Assembly (NCBI GenBank): GCA_003247575.1
Contig: QJZC01000011.1
Span: forward strand, 87,874-151,873
Length of the DNA stretch: 64,000 nt
Origin: Pseudomonadota bacterium
GTDB lineage: Bacteria; Myxococcota_A; UBA9160; SZUA-336
Reading direction: 5' to 3'
Made by a program: the position numbers and the translations under genes. The notes beneath the pieces were generated by a model. That model saw only the letters and a list, made by a program, of their open reading frames with translations, did no database searches and had not been told where the DNA came from. Below, one piece after another: positions 17,577-28,300 of the stretch. Numbering within the stretch: position 1 is the first letter of the stretch; every line of letters begins with the position of its first letter.

Positions 17577-18797
17577 TCAGGCTTCGTTCGGATAGTAGAG
17601 GAGCTCGACGGTCAGTGAGTCACGCATGCCGGCGGGTGCTGTGACTGCGATCTCCTCCGCCGCGAGCGGGCGGCCCGGGGTGAGCTCAGGGGCGTGGCCT
17701 TCGAGGCAAAGGACGTTCGGATCGTCGTCTGCGCCGGTGTAGGTCGCGACTCGATCGTCGAACTGGAGCTGAATCCGCAGGTCCGCGCCATTGCGCGTCG
17801 TGGCGGAGGTGCACTCGATCCACTTCGGCAGGTAGAAGTGCCCCGCTTGCGAGATCCTGGCCTTGCGTGGGTCTCCAGTCGCTGCGGCCGTTACGCAGAT
17901 CGAGAGGGTGTGAGGCAGGCGGAAGAAGCGGCTCGGATGCTTGCTGGTGACGAGCCGCTCGAACTCGTCCACCGCGAGGGGTCCGTTCCCGAAGCGCCCT
18001 CTGTAGTAGGGCGGGGATGCCGGTACGCCTGCGGGCAGTGCGCGGGAGGTGCGGTCGAAGTAGCTGCCCGTATCGGACAGGGAATCACCGAGGGTAATGA
18101 CCCGGCGGACGGGTCGTGACGTGGTCTGGTGCGAGAAGCTCTCTGCGGCAGCTGCTCCGAAGGCGCGCGCTACCCCTCGCTCTAGATGCAGCCCGTCGAA
18201 GAACAGCCAGCCGCTGGCGCTTTCGCCTGCAGGGAGTCCGAGGTCGACCCAGCTGTCGGACACGTTGGTGTATTTGGCGAGCATGTCGTCGAAGACCCTG
18301 TGCATGTCGACGGGGACCAACTCCAGATCGGGGTGCTCCGACTCGAACCGAGCGAGCATCTCCGCGAGGCGATGGTTGTGGAGAGAGGCAAGCTCGTCGA
18401 GAGTCGCTCGGGCCTGCGGGGGGAGTGTGGACAGCACAGGGAAGAAGCCGAGGGCAAAGAGATTGGGCACGACGAATCGGCGCGCACCGAGGGCCAGGTA
18501 GAGGCGCGAGAGAACCGAGTGGAGCTCCCCGACCGGGACGGACGGATCTCGTTCGCCGGCGAGATAGCTGTTTGCTCCGGCCCACACCCAGAAGACGTCG
18601 TCGTCCCCGGCGACGTCGGCCAAGGTGTGTACGGCGAGGTGGAGCTGTTGAGCGAGGCCGCCGGTGTCGAGGCCGACGGCCTGGAGCGCCAGGGTCGTCG
18701 TGGGCTGAAAGCGATCTACGAGATTCAGGGCGCCAGTGGTCGCGCCCGAGACGGCGAAATTCACGTCGCTCCGGATGGGACGTAGGTTTCGAGACAT
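17577..18797 (-). CDS. SGNH/GDSL-family hydrolase with permuted block order plus a C-terminal ~115-aa unknown domain
   Basis: Block III NFAVSGATT (~18758). Block V FFDGLHL (~18197). Block I VITLGDSLSDTG (~18089). Block II GRFGNGP (~17999). No signal peptide seen. Start uncertain (18797 or 18854). Confidence 0.7.
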   Translation of the reverse strand: MSRNLRPIRSDVNFAVSGATTGALNLVDRFQPTTTLALQAVGLDTGGLAQQLHLAVHTLADVAGDDDVFWVWAGANSYLAGERDPSVPVGELHSVLSRLYLALGARRFVVPNLFALGFFPVLSTLPPQARATLDELASLHNHRLAEMLARFESEHPDLELVPVDMHRVFDDMLAKYTNVSDSWVDLGLPAGESASGWLFFDGLHLERGVARAFGAAAAESFSHQTTSRPVRRVITLGDSLSDTGSYFDRTSRALPAGVPASPPYYRGRFGNGPLAVDEFERLVTSKHPSRFFRLPHTLSICVTAAATGDPRKARISQAGHFYLPKWIECTSATTRNGADLRIQLQFDDRVATYTGADDDPNVLCLEGHAPELTPGRPLAAEEIAVTAPAGMRDSLTVELLYYPNEA

Positions 18798-19269
18798 CGC
18801 GCGACGCTCCTCGAGTTCGACTGGACCTGATCGCGATGCATGAGCCCGACTCACGTGGGGTGCTTTCGCAGAGTACGCGCTTGGCGGCGACCTGGGGGCT
18901 CATATCACGGGCGGTGTTGGAAGTCGGAATAGTGGCTCAATTGGCCGATTCACTCGTCCCAATAAGGCATTTTTCGATCGGGCACACGTGATTCCGGCTA
19001 GCTTCTCGCGCGACCGGTCGATCGAAACTGTCTCGGGAGCATCACCAACGGACCTCGCACGAGAGTGTCAGGCAGGAAGACAGGGTGCAGCCGAAGGAGC
19101 GGATCTTCGACCGTAAATAGGAATAACCGAATTTTCATTTTCCATCGTATAGCGACATAACATAGTGTTGAACGATGAGTTGTGAGGTTGCCCTCGGAGA
19201 CGGGCCTCCGAGCGCTGCCTGATTCGAGCATCACTCGCTCGGAGAACCGAACCGAGAGGAGACGGTGGC

Positions 19270-21987
19270 GTGCGGCGGTGGAACTTCGGATGGATTGGTG
19301 GGTTGGCACTCAGCGTGGCTTGGGTCGGTACGTCGCTGGCGGATGAAGCAAGCTCGGAGGCGGTCGAGGCCGCTCAGGTAGATTCTACGGCGGCTGCGGA
19401 TGATGCGGAGCCAGAGCGCGATGTCCGCGAGGTGGAGCGGCTCCCAGAGGATTCGATCGAAGAGATTCGGATCACGGGGCGTCGCCGCGACGAGACGATC
19501 CAGCAAGCGCCGGTCTCGGTCACCGCATTCGATGGTCTCGACTTGGAGGATCTCGAGGTCACCGACGTCAAAGAGCTCGCACGTTTCGTACCGAATCTCC
19601 AGCTCGATGAAGCCGCTGCGACGCAGAATGCGGCTCGCGTATTCCTGCGGGGCATCGGGAACGACGACCCGATCATCACCGACGAAGGCGGGGTCGGCAT
19701 TACGGTAGACGACGTCTTCCTGCCGCGCGCAGCCGGTACTCTCCTATCCATCTCCGACGTCGAGCGCATCGAGGTGCTCGCGGGTCCCCAGGCCACCCTC
19801 TACGGAAAGAACACGGTGGGCGGGCTGGTCCGCTACCTGACCAAGAAGCCGGAGTGGGACTTCAACGGGCGGGCTTCGCTGCGCGTCGGGAATTTCGATC
19901 AGGTGACGAGCCGCTTCATGCTGAACGTCCCACTGATCTCGGATCGGCTCGCGATGCGGCTGAATGTCGGCGCCAACTACAACGAAGGGCTCTTCGACAA
20001 CAAGGGCCCCGGACGAGATCGGACACTGCAGTCCCGCGGGCAGCAGGCTCAAGTCCAGCTGCGTCTTCAAGCCAGCGAGACCACCGAGGTCTTGCTCAAG
20101 GGCTACTACACGAACAGCCCCAATTCGGGCTTCGTGGCAAAGTGCAAGCTGACGGCTGGACTCGCGCTCAACAGGGTCGACGGGCGTCTCTTCGGAACCA
20201 ACGCGACCGGACCCGGGACACGCGGTGACTTCGCCGAGGAGTGTGCACGCGATCGCGCGCTCGATTCCGACGAGTTCAGGAGTGATGCCTCGACGGAAGA
20301 CGAGCTGCAGACGACGGGGACCTCGCTGCACGTGAGCTACGAGTCCTCGCCGTCGTTCGCCTTCCGATCCATCACGGCCTGGAATCGCAACGAGACCAGC
20401 AGCCGCTTCGACTTCGATGCGACCCGGCTCCCCATCTCGCAATCCCTGGACACGGACAAGAACGAGTCGATCCAGGACTCCATAAGCCAAGAGTTCAACT
20501 TCTCTGGTCTGGCGATGGACGGTCGCCTGAACTGGGTCGGTGGGTTCTTCGGGCTCGTCGAGAAGAACCAGGACAGCGAGCGACAGACCTCGGACCTGCC
20601 GACCTTCCTCGACCCCGAGGAATTCCGTTTCGCCGACCTCGCGAACGCGCGCGTAGTTGGGTCGGACGCTGCGATCGGGGCGATCGGAACGACCGACATC
20701 GGACTGAGGGCGCTCGAACCGGGCCTGCTCGAGGCCACCGGCGCGATCGAGGTGGCGCCCGGAATCTTCCTACCTGGAGCACCGCTGGCCTTCGAGGAGC
20801 TCCCCCTGCGTCTAACGAATGGGGCGGGCGACTGCATTGCCGGAACGGACCAGACCGTTCGGTTCCTCGCCGACTTCAGCGATCTGGTGATGGACTCGCC
20901 TGTGGACCTGAGTGCAGTCCCCGTGACGGCTCCGAGTTGTCGGCGCGAGTTCTCGAGCATTCAAACGGAGGGGTTCCTCAAGTCGAACGTGACGAGCTAT
21001 GCGGCCTATGGCCAGGTGGGCTTCGACATCGCGCCCGGATTGACGTTCGAGGCTGGAGCGCGTTACACGCACGAGCGCAAGCGCGTGGCCCGTTTCGAGC
21101 GCGTCCTCGACTCCAGCATTCCTCTGGTGCGCGAGCCGGCGACGATTGCGCGCGGCTTCGCGACCAGCACCTTCGAGTTTTCCGAGCGCTTCGGGCGCTT
21201 CTCGCCTTCCGCCAGCCTGCGCTACCAGCCGACCGAGGATCTCAATCTGTATGCGTTGTGGGGGCGCGGCTTCAAGAGTGGCGGCTTCAATGGGCGTGGA
21301 GTCGGCGATGCGAGCGAGCTGATCAGCTACGGGCCCGAGAAGGTCACCAGCTACGAGGTCGGCTTCAAGTCGCGCTGGTTCCAGCGTAGACTGACCCTCA
21401 ATGGCTCGCTGTTCAGCACGAACTACGACGACATTCAGCTGGTGAACATCCAGATCAATCAGACCTCGGGACGCATCATCGTTGTGACCGACAACGCCGG
21501 CAAGGCGCGCATCAACGGAGCCGAGCTGAATCTCGTCGCCTTGCCGCCGATCGATGGTCTGACGATTCGCGCCAATGGCGGCATCACCGTGGGGCGCTAC
21601 ACGAAGGTCAAGCCAAGCCGCGATGGACTGCTGCAGCTGGTCAATCCGAACGGTCGCCTGACGGGAACGCCAACTTACACGGGCAGTGTTTCGGTGACGT
21701 ACCGCGTTCCGCTCGGAAGCCTCGGGGATCTGACCAGCACGTTCAGCTGGTCGCATCAGGGGAAGAAGGCGAACAATCCCCAGAACACAGAGTTCTCGAA
21801 CAAGGTGGGCCTCCTGAGTGGCCGTGTCGCCTTGGAGCTGGCGGATGGAAAGACGCGAATCGCGGCCTTCGGAAGCAATATCCTGGATCGCGAGTACGTA
21901 GCCAACTCACTGGATATCGCGCGGCAGACGCTGCAATTCTTCGGTCCCCCCCGGCAGTTCGGAATCGAGCTCATCCGGGAGTTCTGA
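19270..21987 (+). CDS. TonB-dependent receptor (TBDR-2)
   Basis: 905 aa. GTG start after GAGGAGA, signal peptide ending SLADEA, plug (IRITGRRRDETIQQAPVSVTAF...RIEVLAGPQATLYGKNTVGGLVRYLT), and terminal ...FGIELIREF. Confidence 0.9.
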   Translation: MRRWNFGWIGGLALSVAWVGTSLADEASSEAVEAAQVDSTAAADDAEPERDVREVERLPEDSIEEIRITGRRRDETIQQAPVSVTAFDGLDLEDLEVTDVKELARFVPNLQLDEAAATQNAARVFLRGIGNDDPIITDEGGVGITVDDVFLPRAAGTLLSISDVERIEVLAGPQATLYGKNTVGGLVRYLTKKPEWDFNGRASLRVGNFDQVTSRFMLNVPLISDRLAMRLNVGANYNEGLFDNKGPGRDRTLQSRGQQAQVQLRLQASETTEVLLKGYYTNSPNSGFVAKCKLTAGLALNRVDGRLFGTNATGPGTRGDFAEECARDRALDSDEFRSDASTEDELQTTGTSLHVSYESSPSFAFRSITAWNRNETSSRFDFDATRLPISQSLDTDKNESIQDSISQEFNFSGLAMDGRLNWVGGFFGLVEKNQDSERQTSDLPTFLDPEEFRFADLANARVVGSDAAIGAIGTTDIGLRALEPGLLEATGAIEVAPGIFLPGAPLAFEELPLRLTNGAGDCIAGTDQTVRFLADFSDLVMDSPVDLSAVPVTAPSCRREFSSIQTEGFLKSNVTSYAAYGQVGFDIAPGLTFEAGARYTHERKRVARFERVLDSSIPLVREPATIARGFATSTFEFSERFGRFSPSASLRYQPTEDLNLYALWGRGFKSGGFNGRGVGDASELISYGPEKVTSYEVGFKSRWFQRRLTLNGSLFSTNYDDIQLVNIQINQTSGRIIVVTDNAGKARINGAELNLVALPPIDGLTIRANGGITVGRYTKVKPSRDGLLQLVNPNGRLTGTPTYTGSVSVTYRVPLGSLGDLTSTFSWSHQGKKANNPQNTEFSNKVGLLSGRVALELADGKTRIAAFGSNILDREYVANSLDIARQTLQFFGPPRQFGIELIREF

Positions 21988-22030
21988 ACGCCGAGCGTCC
22001 GGCGAAGGGCGCGGATGGGAACCTTGCTCC

Positions 22031-22067
22031 AGGGCCGGGGCTGACCGATACGGTCGGCCTCGGCCCT
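22031..22067 (+). terminator. Imperfect 17-bp hairpin after TBDR-2 (possible terminator)
   Basis: AGGGCCGGGGCTGACCG-ata-CGGTCGGCCTCGGCCCT with two mismatches, followed by tcgtcttgtt. Lies 44 nt after the stop. Confidence 0.4.
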
Positions 22068-22297
22068 TCGTCTTGTTGCACTTGCCGTCCTGTCCCCAAC
22101 TGGGGGCATTCAGCGAGCCGGAGTCGCGGGACACTCCTCTGGCGAAGCGAGTCTTCAAGTGCGGGGCGGCGCTCAAAAGCGGGCAAGTTTCATGATCCTC
22201 AGGAGTCATGCCCGCAGAAAGTGCCCTTCCGCAGAGATCAACTGCTGGGCGCTGGTGCGCGCTTCGCCGCGTCAGCGTCGCGAGAGGTCTGAGTACT

Positions 22298-25261
22298 ATG
22301 CGATGGAGGAAGTCCCTCACGCTGTTCGTCGCCGCGGTGCTGCCAGCACTGGCATGTGATGTCCAACAGCCACAGACGCCGCAGGCGGACGTCCGAGATG
22401 GATTCATCAACTTCGAGACGATTCCGACGCGGGCCGTCGCGATTTCGGACGATGGCGCGCGGCTCTTTGCCCTGAATGTGCCCGACGGGCGTTTGTCGAT
22501 CTTCGACGTCACCCCCACGGGCCCGGCGCTTCGCGCCGAGGTTCCCGTCGGGATGGACCCGGTTGCGCTCGCGATCCGAAACGAGAACGAAGTCTGGGTA
22601 GTCAATCACCTGTCGGATAGCGTGAGCATCGTCGACGTCGGAGCCCAGCCCCCACGCGTCTCGCGAACCCTGCTCGTAGGGGACGAGCCGCGTGACATCG
22701 TGTTTGCGGGTCCTGGCCGCAGCCGCGCGTTCATTTCTGCTGCGCGCCGAGGCCAGAACCACCCTGACGACACCGTCAACGAAACTCAGGTTCCGGGAGT
22801 AGGAAGAGCCGACGTTTGGGTGTTCGATAGCAACGATCTCGGTCCGAGTCTGGGCGGCGTTCCGCTCACGATCGTGACGCTCTTTGCCGACAAGCCAGGG
22901 GCGCTGGCCGCGACCCCGGATGGCAGCCAGGTGTACGTGTCGATCTTCACGTCGGGCAATGGATCGACGGTCATCGGCGACTCGGCCATCTGCGGGCCAA
23001 CGGGCCCTGCGGGAACAGGCCAGTTCTCCGATCAGGAAGATGGTCCGTGCGCACTCGAGAACGGTGCGACCGCACCCGGTGGGGTGCCTGCACCGAACCG
23101 TGGGTTGGCCGATGGCACGCGGAATCCGCGAACGGGCATCATCGCCACCTTGGACCGCTCGACGGGAGCCTGGCTCGATGTGCTGGGCCGGGATCATTCC
23201 GCCGCGGTACCCTTCGAGTTTCCGGACAACGACGTCTTCCGCATCGACGCGGACGCGAACCCGCCGGTCGAGATTGGGGTCTACCAGGCGGTGAGTACCC
23301 TGAACTTCAACCTCGCCTTCCATCCGACCAATGGGCGGGCGTATCTCGCGACGATCGATGCGATCAACCGCAATCGCTTCCTCTCGGCTCCAGGCGGCGT
23401 TGGCGGCAGTCCGCCACTCGGACCGAATCCACAGGGGCCAGGTGCGCTGACGGCGGATCCCATCACCGGCGAGACACTCCGGGGTCATCTCTACGAGTCG
23501 AAGATCGCGATCCTCGAGCCGAACGGCGACTTCCGCACTCGCCATCTGAACAAGCACATCGACTACGAGGCCTTCCCTACCCCGCCCGGGACCCTGGAGC
23601 GCAGTGTCGCGAATCCGCAGGGAGTGGTCTTCTCGGAAGACGGCGAGACCCTGTTCGTAGCCGCGTTGGGCTCGAATCAGATCGTGCCGTTCTCTCGGGT
23701 CGAGCTCGAGAACGATACCTTCGAGCCCGATGCTTCGACGCACATCCAGCTGATGGGAGACGGCGGGCCGAGCGACATGGTGCTCGACCCATCGGACGCG
23801 AACCGCATGTTCGTGTACAAGCGCTTCGACAATGCGATCGCGGTCGTCGACATCGCAGCGCGTCGTGAGATCGGTAGCGTGCCCTTGTTCAACCCGGAGC
23901 CCGATGCGGTCCGGGTGGGTCGCAAGTTCTTCTACGATGCGACGCGCACTTCGGACAATGGAGAGGCCAACTGCAACGTCTGCCATCCTGCTGCAGACAA
24001 GGACGACCTGGCCTGGAACATCGCGATCCCCTTCCTGCCTAGCCAGCCGAATCCAAACACGTTCGTTGCGGGGCTGACCTTGGGTATCAACGGCGGTATG
24101 CCCACGGTCGAGTTCAATCCGCTCAAGGGACCGATGACCGTGTTGACCTTGCGCGGTATCAAGGACTCGGGGCCCCTGCTCTGGCGCGGAGACATGACCA
24201 ACGCCGTCGATCCACTCGACGAACGTACCAACTTCCTGACCTTTGGAATCGCCTTCGACGCTCTGAACGGGCGAACTGGAGGAATCCCGGAGGCCGACTT
24301 GCAAGTCTTTGCCAACTGGGCCATGACCCTCGTGCCACCGCCGAATCCCCATCGACCGCTCGACAACAGCTTGACTCCGTCCCAGGAGGCGGGTCGCGGG
24401 ATCTTCACCAACCAGGGCACGGGCGCGACCGGTCCGACGGACGTGATCTTCCAGTGCAACAGCTGCCATGCTCTGAATCGCGGGCTCGGCCAGTTCGGCG
24501 CGGGAGGACAGATGTCGCTGGAGGGGGAGACCCAGTTCTTCAAGGTGCCGCAGCTGCGCACTGTGTATGACAAGGTCGGGATGTTCGGGCACACCTTTGG
24601 CGACAACGGCGATGCCCGCAACCTCGGTGGACCGCGTGTGGATGTAGGGCCGCAGATTCGAACGACTGGAACCCTGCACGATGGCTCTGCGGCGGGAGCG
24701 GACGAGTTCCTGACGGCGGGAGTCTTTCAGCTCACCGCAGACGAGCTACGCCAGGTCGTGGATTTCACCTATGCATTCGAGAGCAATGTCGCTCCCATCG
24801 TGGGACAACAGGTGACTCTACGGCCAGAGAGCGGTCCCGACGTTGCTGCGCGCATCGAGTTGATGGAGCAGCGGGCGGGAGTCCGCTTCATCATGTCGGG
24901 GCCGGTGGAAGCCACGGAGTGTGATCTCGTCGTCAAGGGCGTGATCGGCGGTCAGCCGCGTGGCTTCCTCTTCGACCCGAGCTCGGAGACCTATCTCGCT
25001 GACACCGGAGAGTCGATTCCCAGCGGTGCGCTCAAGGATCTCGCGAACGTCGACGGTCAGGCGCTGACGTTCACCTGCGTCTATCCAGGGGGAGGCGTGC
25101 GCGTCGGCATCGATCGGGATCTCGACGGCATTCTGGATGGAGGTGCGCCGGCGCCGGCCGGTGGAGGTCCCGTGCAGCCTCCCGTCGGAGGGGCCCCCGG
25201 GGGAACGGGCAATCCCCTGCTGGACTTTCTGGGCAACCTGTTCGCGGGGTTGTTCGGATAG
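22298..25261 (+). CDS. Lipoprotein: beta-propeller domain fused to a di-haem CCP-like domain
   Basis: MRWRKSLTLFVAAVLPALAC is a lipobox. N-terminal half has YVTN/YncE-like blade repeats (LFALNVPDGRLSIFDV; VWVVNHLSDSVSIVDV; LFVAALGSNQIVPF; MFVYKRFDNAIAVVDI). CxxCH at 23972-23986 (CNVCH) and 24455-24469 (CNSCH). Near the end: a DRDLDGILDGG Ca-binding-like motif, a Gly/Pro linker and a hydrophobic tail LLDFLGNLFAGLFG. Confidence 0.8.
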   Translation: MRWRKSLTLFVAAVLPALACDVQQPQTPQADVRDGFINFETIPTRAVAISDDGARLFALNVPDGRLSIFDVTPTGPALRAEVPVGMDPVALAIRNENEVWVVNHLSDSVSIVDVGAQPPRVSRTLLVGDEPRDIVFAGPGRSRAFISAARRGQNHPDDTVNETQVPGVGRADVWVFDSNDLGPSLGGVPLTIVTLFADKPGALAATPDGSQVYVSIFTSGNGSTVIGDSAICGPTGPAGTGQFSDQEDGPCALENGATAPGGVPAPNRGLADGTRNPRTGIIATLDRSTGAWLDVLGRDHSAAVPFEFPDNDVFRIDADANPPVEIGVYQAVSTLNFNLAFHPTNGRAYLATIDAINRNRFLSAPGGVGGSPPLGPNPQGPGALTADPITGETLRGHLYESKIAILEPNGDFRTRHLNKHIDYEAFPTPPGTLERSVANPQGVVFSEDGETLFVAALGSNQIVPFSRVELENDTFEPDASTHIQLMGDGGPSDMVLDPSDANRMFVYKRFDNAIAVVDIAARREIGSVPLFNPEPDAVRVGRKFFYDATRTSDNGEANCNVCHPAADKDDLAWNIAIPFLPSQPNPNTFVAGLTLGINGGMPTVEFNPLKGPMTVLTLRGIKDSGPLLWRGDMTNAVDPLDERTNFLTFGIAFDALNGRTGGIPEADLQVFANWAMTLVPPPNPHRPLDNSLTPSQEAGRGIFTNQGTGATGPTDVIFQCNSCHALNRGLGQFGAGGQMSLEGETQFFKVPQLRTVYDKVGMFGHTFGDNGDARNLGGPRVDVGPQIRTTGTLHDGSAAGADEFLTAGVFQLTADELRQVVDFTYAFESNVAPIVGQQVTLRPESGPDVAARIELMEQRAGVRFIMSGPVEATECDLVVKGVIGGQPRGFLFDPSSETYLADTGESIPSGALKDLANVDGQALTFTCVYPGGGVRVGIDRDLDGILDGGAPAPAGGGPVQPPVGGAPGGTGNPLLDFLGNLFAGLFG

Positions 25262-25328
25262 TCGAAGCGGTGCCTGGCTGGAGGCCGAGGAGCTCCGCCG
25301 CCTCAACCTCGGCACTCTGAGGTATGCG

Positions 25329-28300
25329 GTGGGTCCCGTGCGGGTGCACGGGGCCCACCGCAGAGGCTCCGCACAGAGCCTGGCTCGAAGTGCTGCTTGG
25401 CTCAGGCTGCTCGTGTCTGTCGCCGATGGGTGGGTGGGAGCATTCGTGTTCGAGCCCGAAGGATTTGCCATCAAGGAGCGGATTCGCTCCGAGAGCCATC
25501 GGGACGTGTATCTCGCGTGCCGGGAGTGCGATCAAGCCGAGGCCGTCGTTTCGGTCTATTGGCGCCATGAGAGCTCCGATGCCCGTGCTGAGCGCAGGAG
25601 CGAGGAGCAGGCCGTCGCAGCCTGTGCCGGGCCCCACGTGCCGGAGATTCTGGGGACGGGTGGCGAGCGCGAGGCGGAGTGGATCGCACTCCGTCGAGAG
25701 CCGAGTCTGCCTCTCTCTCAGTGGGTGCGGTCCAGTCCTCCCTCCATAGCGGCATTCCTGAACGTCGCCGAGCAGCTGGCAAGTGTGCTCGTTCGCGTTC
25801 ACGCTGCGCGTCTGATCCATCGCGAGATCGCCCCAGAGAATCTCGCGATCGACCCGGACACGCTCGAGACGAGCTGGTTCGACTTCTCTCGGGCGCGCTC
25901 CCTCGGTGCGGAGCGTGAAGGCTTTGTGCGTGCAACGGACAGAAGGGATCCACGCTCCGCGTATATCTCGCCGGAGCAGAGTGGTCGGATGAATCGGGGG
26001 GTCGATTCCCGTAGCGACCTCTACTCGCTCGGTGCCACGCTCTACTGGGTTCTGCTCGGTCAGCGCACCTTTCCCGTCGAGGATGGACTCGCGTTCATTC
26101 ATGCGCTCCTGGCTCGTACGCCCGAGCGACCGTCATGCGTACGGGAAGATGTGCCCGAGCCGGTGTCGTGCATGCTGCTCAAGCTGCTTAGCAAGGAGCC
26201 GGCAGACCGCTACCAATCTGCCCGCTCGCTCTGCGAGGACCTCGGAAGCCTACGCGAGGAGCTCTACAGGGAAGGCGCTCTCAGGCATCACTTTCAGCTC
26301 GCAAGGGGTGATGCACCGCTCGAGCCACACTTTCCACCGAAGCTGTACGCTCGGGAGAACGAAGCCGAGATGCTGCGCGCCCAGTGGACCGCGACGCGCC
26401 GCGGAGAGACGCGATTGGTGCTGATCTCCGGTGAGTCCGGCACTGGGAAGTCTGCGCTGGTCGGCGAGCTGGGTCCGACGATCGCGGCTTGCGGAGGTTA
26501 TCTCGCCGTAGGCAAGTTCGATACCTCCCATGACCAACCCTATGTAGCGTGGAGTGCGGCGATCGGCTCCTACGCGCAGCAGCTGCTGACCGGCACGGAT
26601 GCTGAGGTCGATCGCGCGAAACGTGAGATCCTCGAGGGAACGGGCAGTCTGGCACGCATCTTGACCGATCTCGTTCCGGATCTCCGGTTCGTGCTCGGAG
26701 AGCTTCCCCCTGTTCCCGCTCTCGGATCGACCGAAACGCGCTCGCGGATCACGCTGGCACTCAAGCGGCTGCTGCTTGCGTGTGCGACACCGGCGCACCC
26801 ATTCGTTCTCTTCCTGGACGATTTGCAATGGGGTGACGCAGCAAGTCTGAGCGTGCTCGACGACCTGCTCGAGGAGGCCGCCGACGCGGCATTGCTGATC
26901 GTTGCCGCCTATCGGTCCGACGCGGCCGCGACGAATCATCGTCTCTCCGGGGTGCTCGAGCGCATCTCGAGAAGTCCGAGGCACGGCTGTACGCTGCATC
27001 TCGGCGCGTTGCCCGAAGATGCGATCGCGCGCATGCTCGCGGATGCCTTCGGCTCCAGCGAGGCCGACGTCTGCCTGCTGGCTCGCCAGATAGGTCGAAA
27101 GACTGCCGGGCTTCCGCTCCTGATCCGGCAAATGGTGAGTCACATGCATTGTCGTGGACTGATCGCGTATCGCGATGGAGCGTGGCGAGCGGATACGGGG
27201 GCGGCGTCTACGGTCGAGCTTCCTCAGGGTGCAATCGTCCTGCTCGTGGCGAAGCTGCGGCAGCTCGATACAGACGCCCGCCAGTTGATCTCGCTGGCAA
27301 GCTGCATCGGGAATACTTTCGACCGTGGCTTGCTGGCGGAGCTCGCGCCACTTCCGCAAGGAAGGATCGAGCGTGCTCTGCATGGACTCATCGACGCAGG
27401 CCTGGTCGAAACCAGCACGGCGGGCCTGCGATTTGCGCACGATCGAATTCGGGAGTCGGCCCAGCTACTGCTCTCCAGCGAGGAGCGACATCGTCTGCAC
27501 TACGAAATCGCCATGCTGCTCAACCGGCGACCCGAGCCGGAGCGCGAGGTGCGCTTGCTGGAGATCGCAGATCACCTGAGCACCGGCGTGCAAGGCATTC
27601 CGGCGTCGGGGCTCCCAGATGCGATCCAGCTGCTGGCGGAGGCTGGTCGGAGCGCACTGCGCGCGGGTGCACCGGCCACGGCAGATCGGCACCTCACGAC
27701 CGCGGGAGCACTGTTACTCGAAGCCTCATCGGGGGAGGGACCCAATCTGCTCGACGACACGTTCAGCCGTGAGCTCCTCTTCTCGCGGGTCGAAGCTGCC
27801 CTCCTCTGTTCTTCCTTGGATCGCGCTTTGCAGTTGGTCCAGTCTCTGTTGGAGCAGCCGCTCACGTTGATGGATCGGGCACGGGCGCAGATGCGCTGTA
27901 CACAGATCCTTGCCCTTACGCGGCCGGTGGCGAGCTCGGCGAGCCACCTTCTGGATGCACTCGCCGAGCTGGGGATGAAGTGGCCGATGCGCCCGTCACG
28001 TCTGCGCACCGTCTTGGCCGTTCTTCGTTTGAGCATCGAGCTGCGCGTCCGCGGCCTGGACGCAGTGTCGAGAGCTTGCGAAGTGCCGGATCCACGTCGG
28101 ATGGCCGCGCTTCTACTCCTCTCGCAGGGTGCGGCCACACTCGGTCGTCTGGATGTGAACCTCGCCACGTTGGTCTCGTGCTGGGCGAACACGATGAACC
28201 TTCGCTTCGGTCACACCGGTAGACCTCTGTATACACTCGCCACGTTCGGTGTGCAGCTGTTCTTGGTGCTCGGCGACGTCGCCATGGCACAGCGAATCTT

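Noticed and set aside
22238-24679. 813-aa ORF on the minus strand, one of the longest in the track
   Set aside because: It lies entirely antisense to the propeller / di-haem gene. It is Arg/Ser/Pro-rich with no recognisable motif. This is the mirror-frame ORF artefact typical of GC-rich DNA. The same applies to 59626-61302(+), 52764-54263(+), 9170-10354(-), 26250-27440(-), 30027-31262(-), 32398-33513(-) and 61479-62561(-).
25137-25328. Extension of the STAND/pseudokinase ORF into the end of the upstream gene
   Set aside because: It overlaps the last 125 nt of 22298-25261 and has no kinase-related sequence. A downstream GTG is more plausible as the start.
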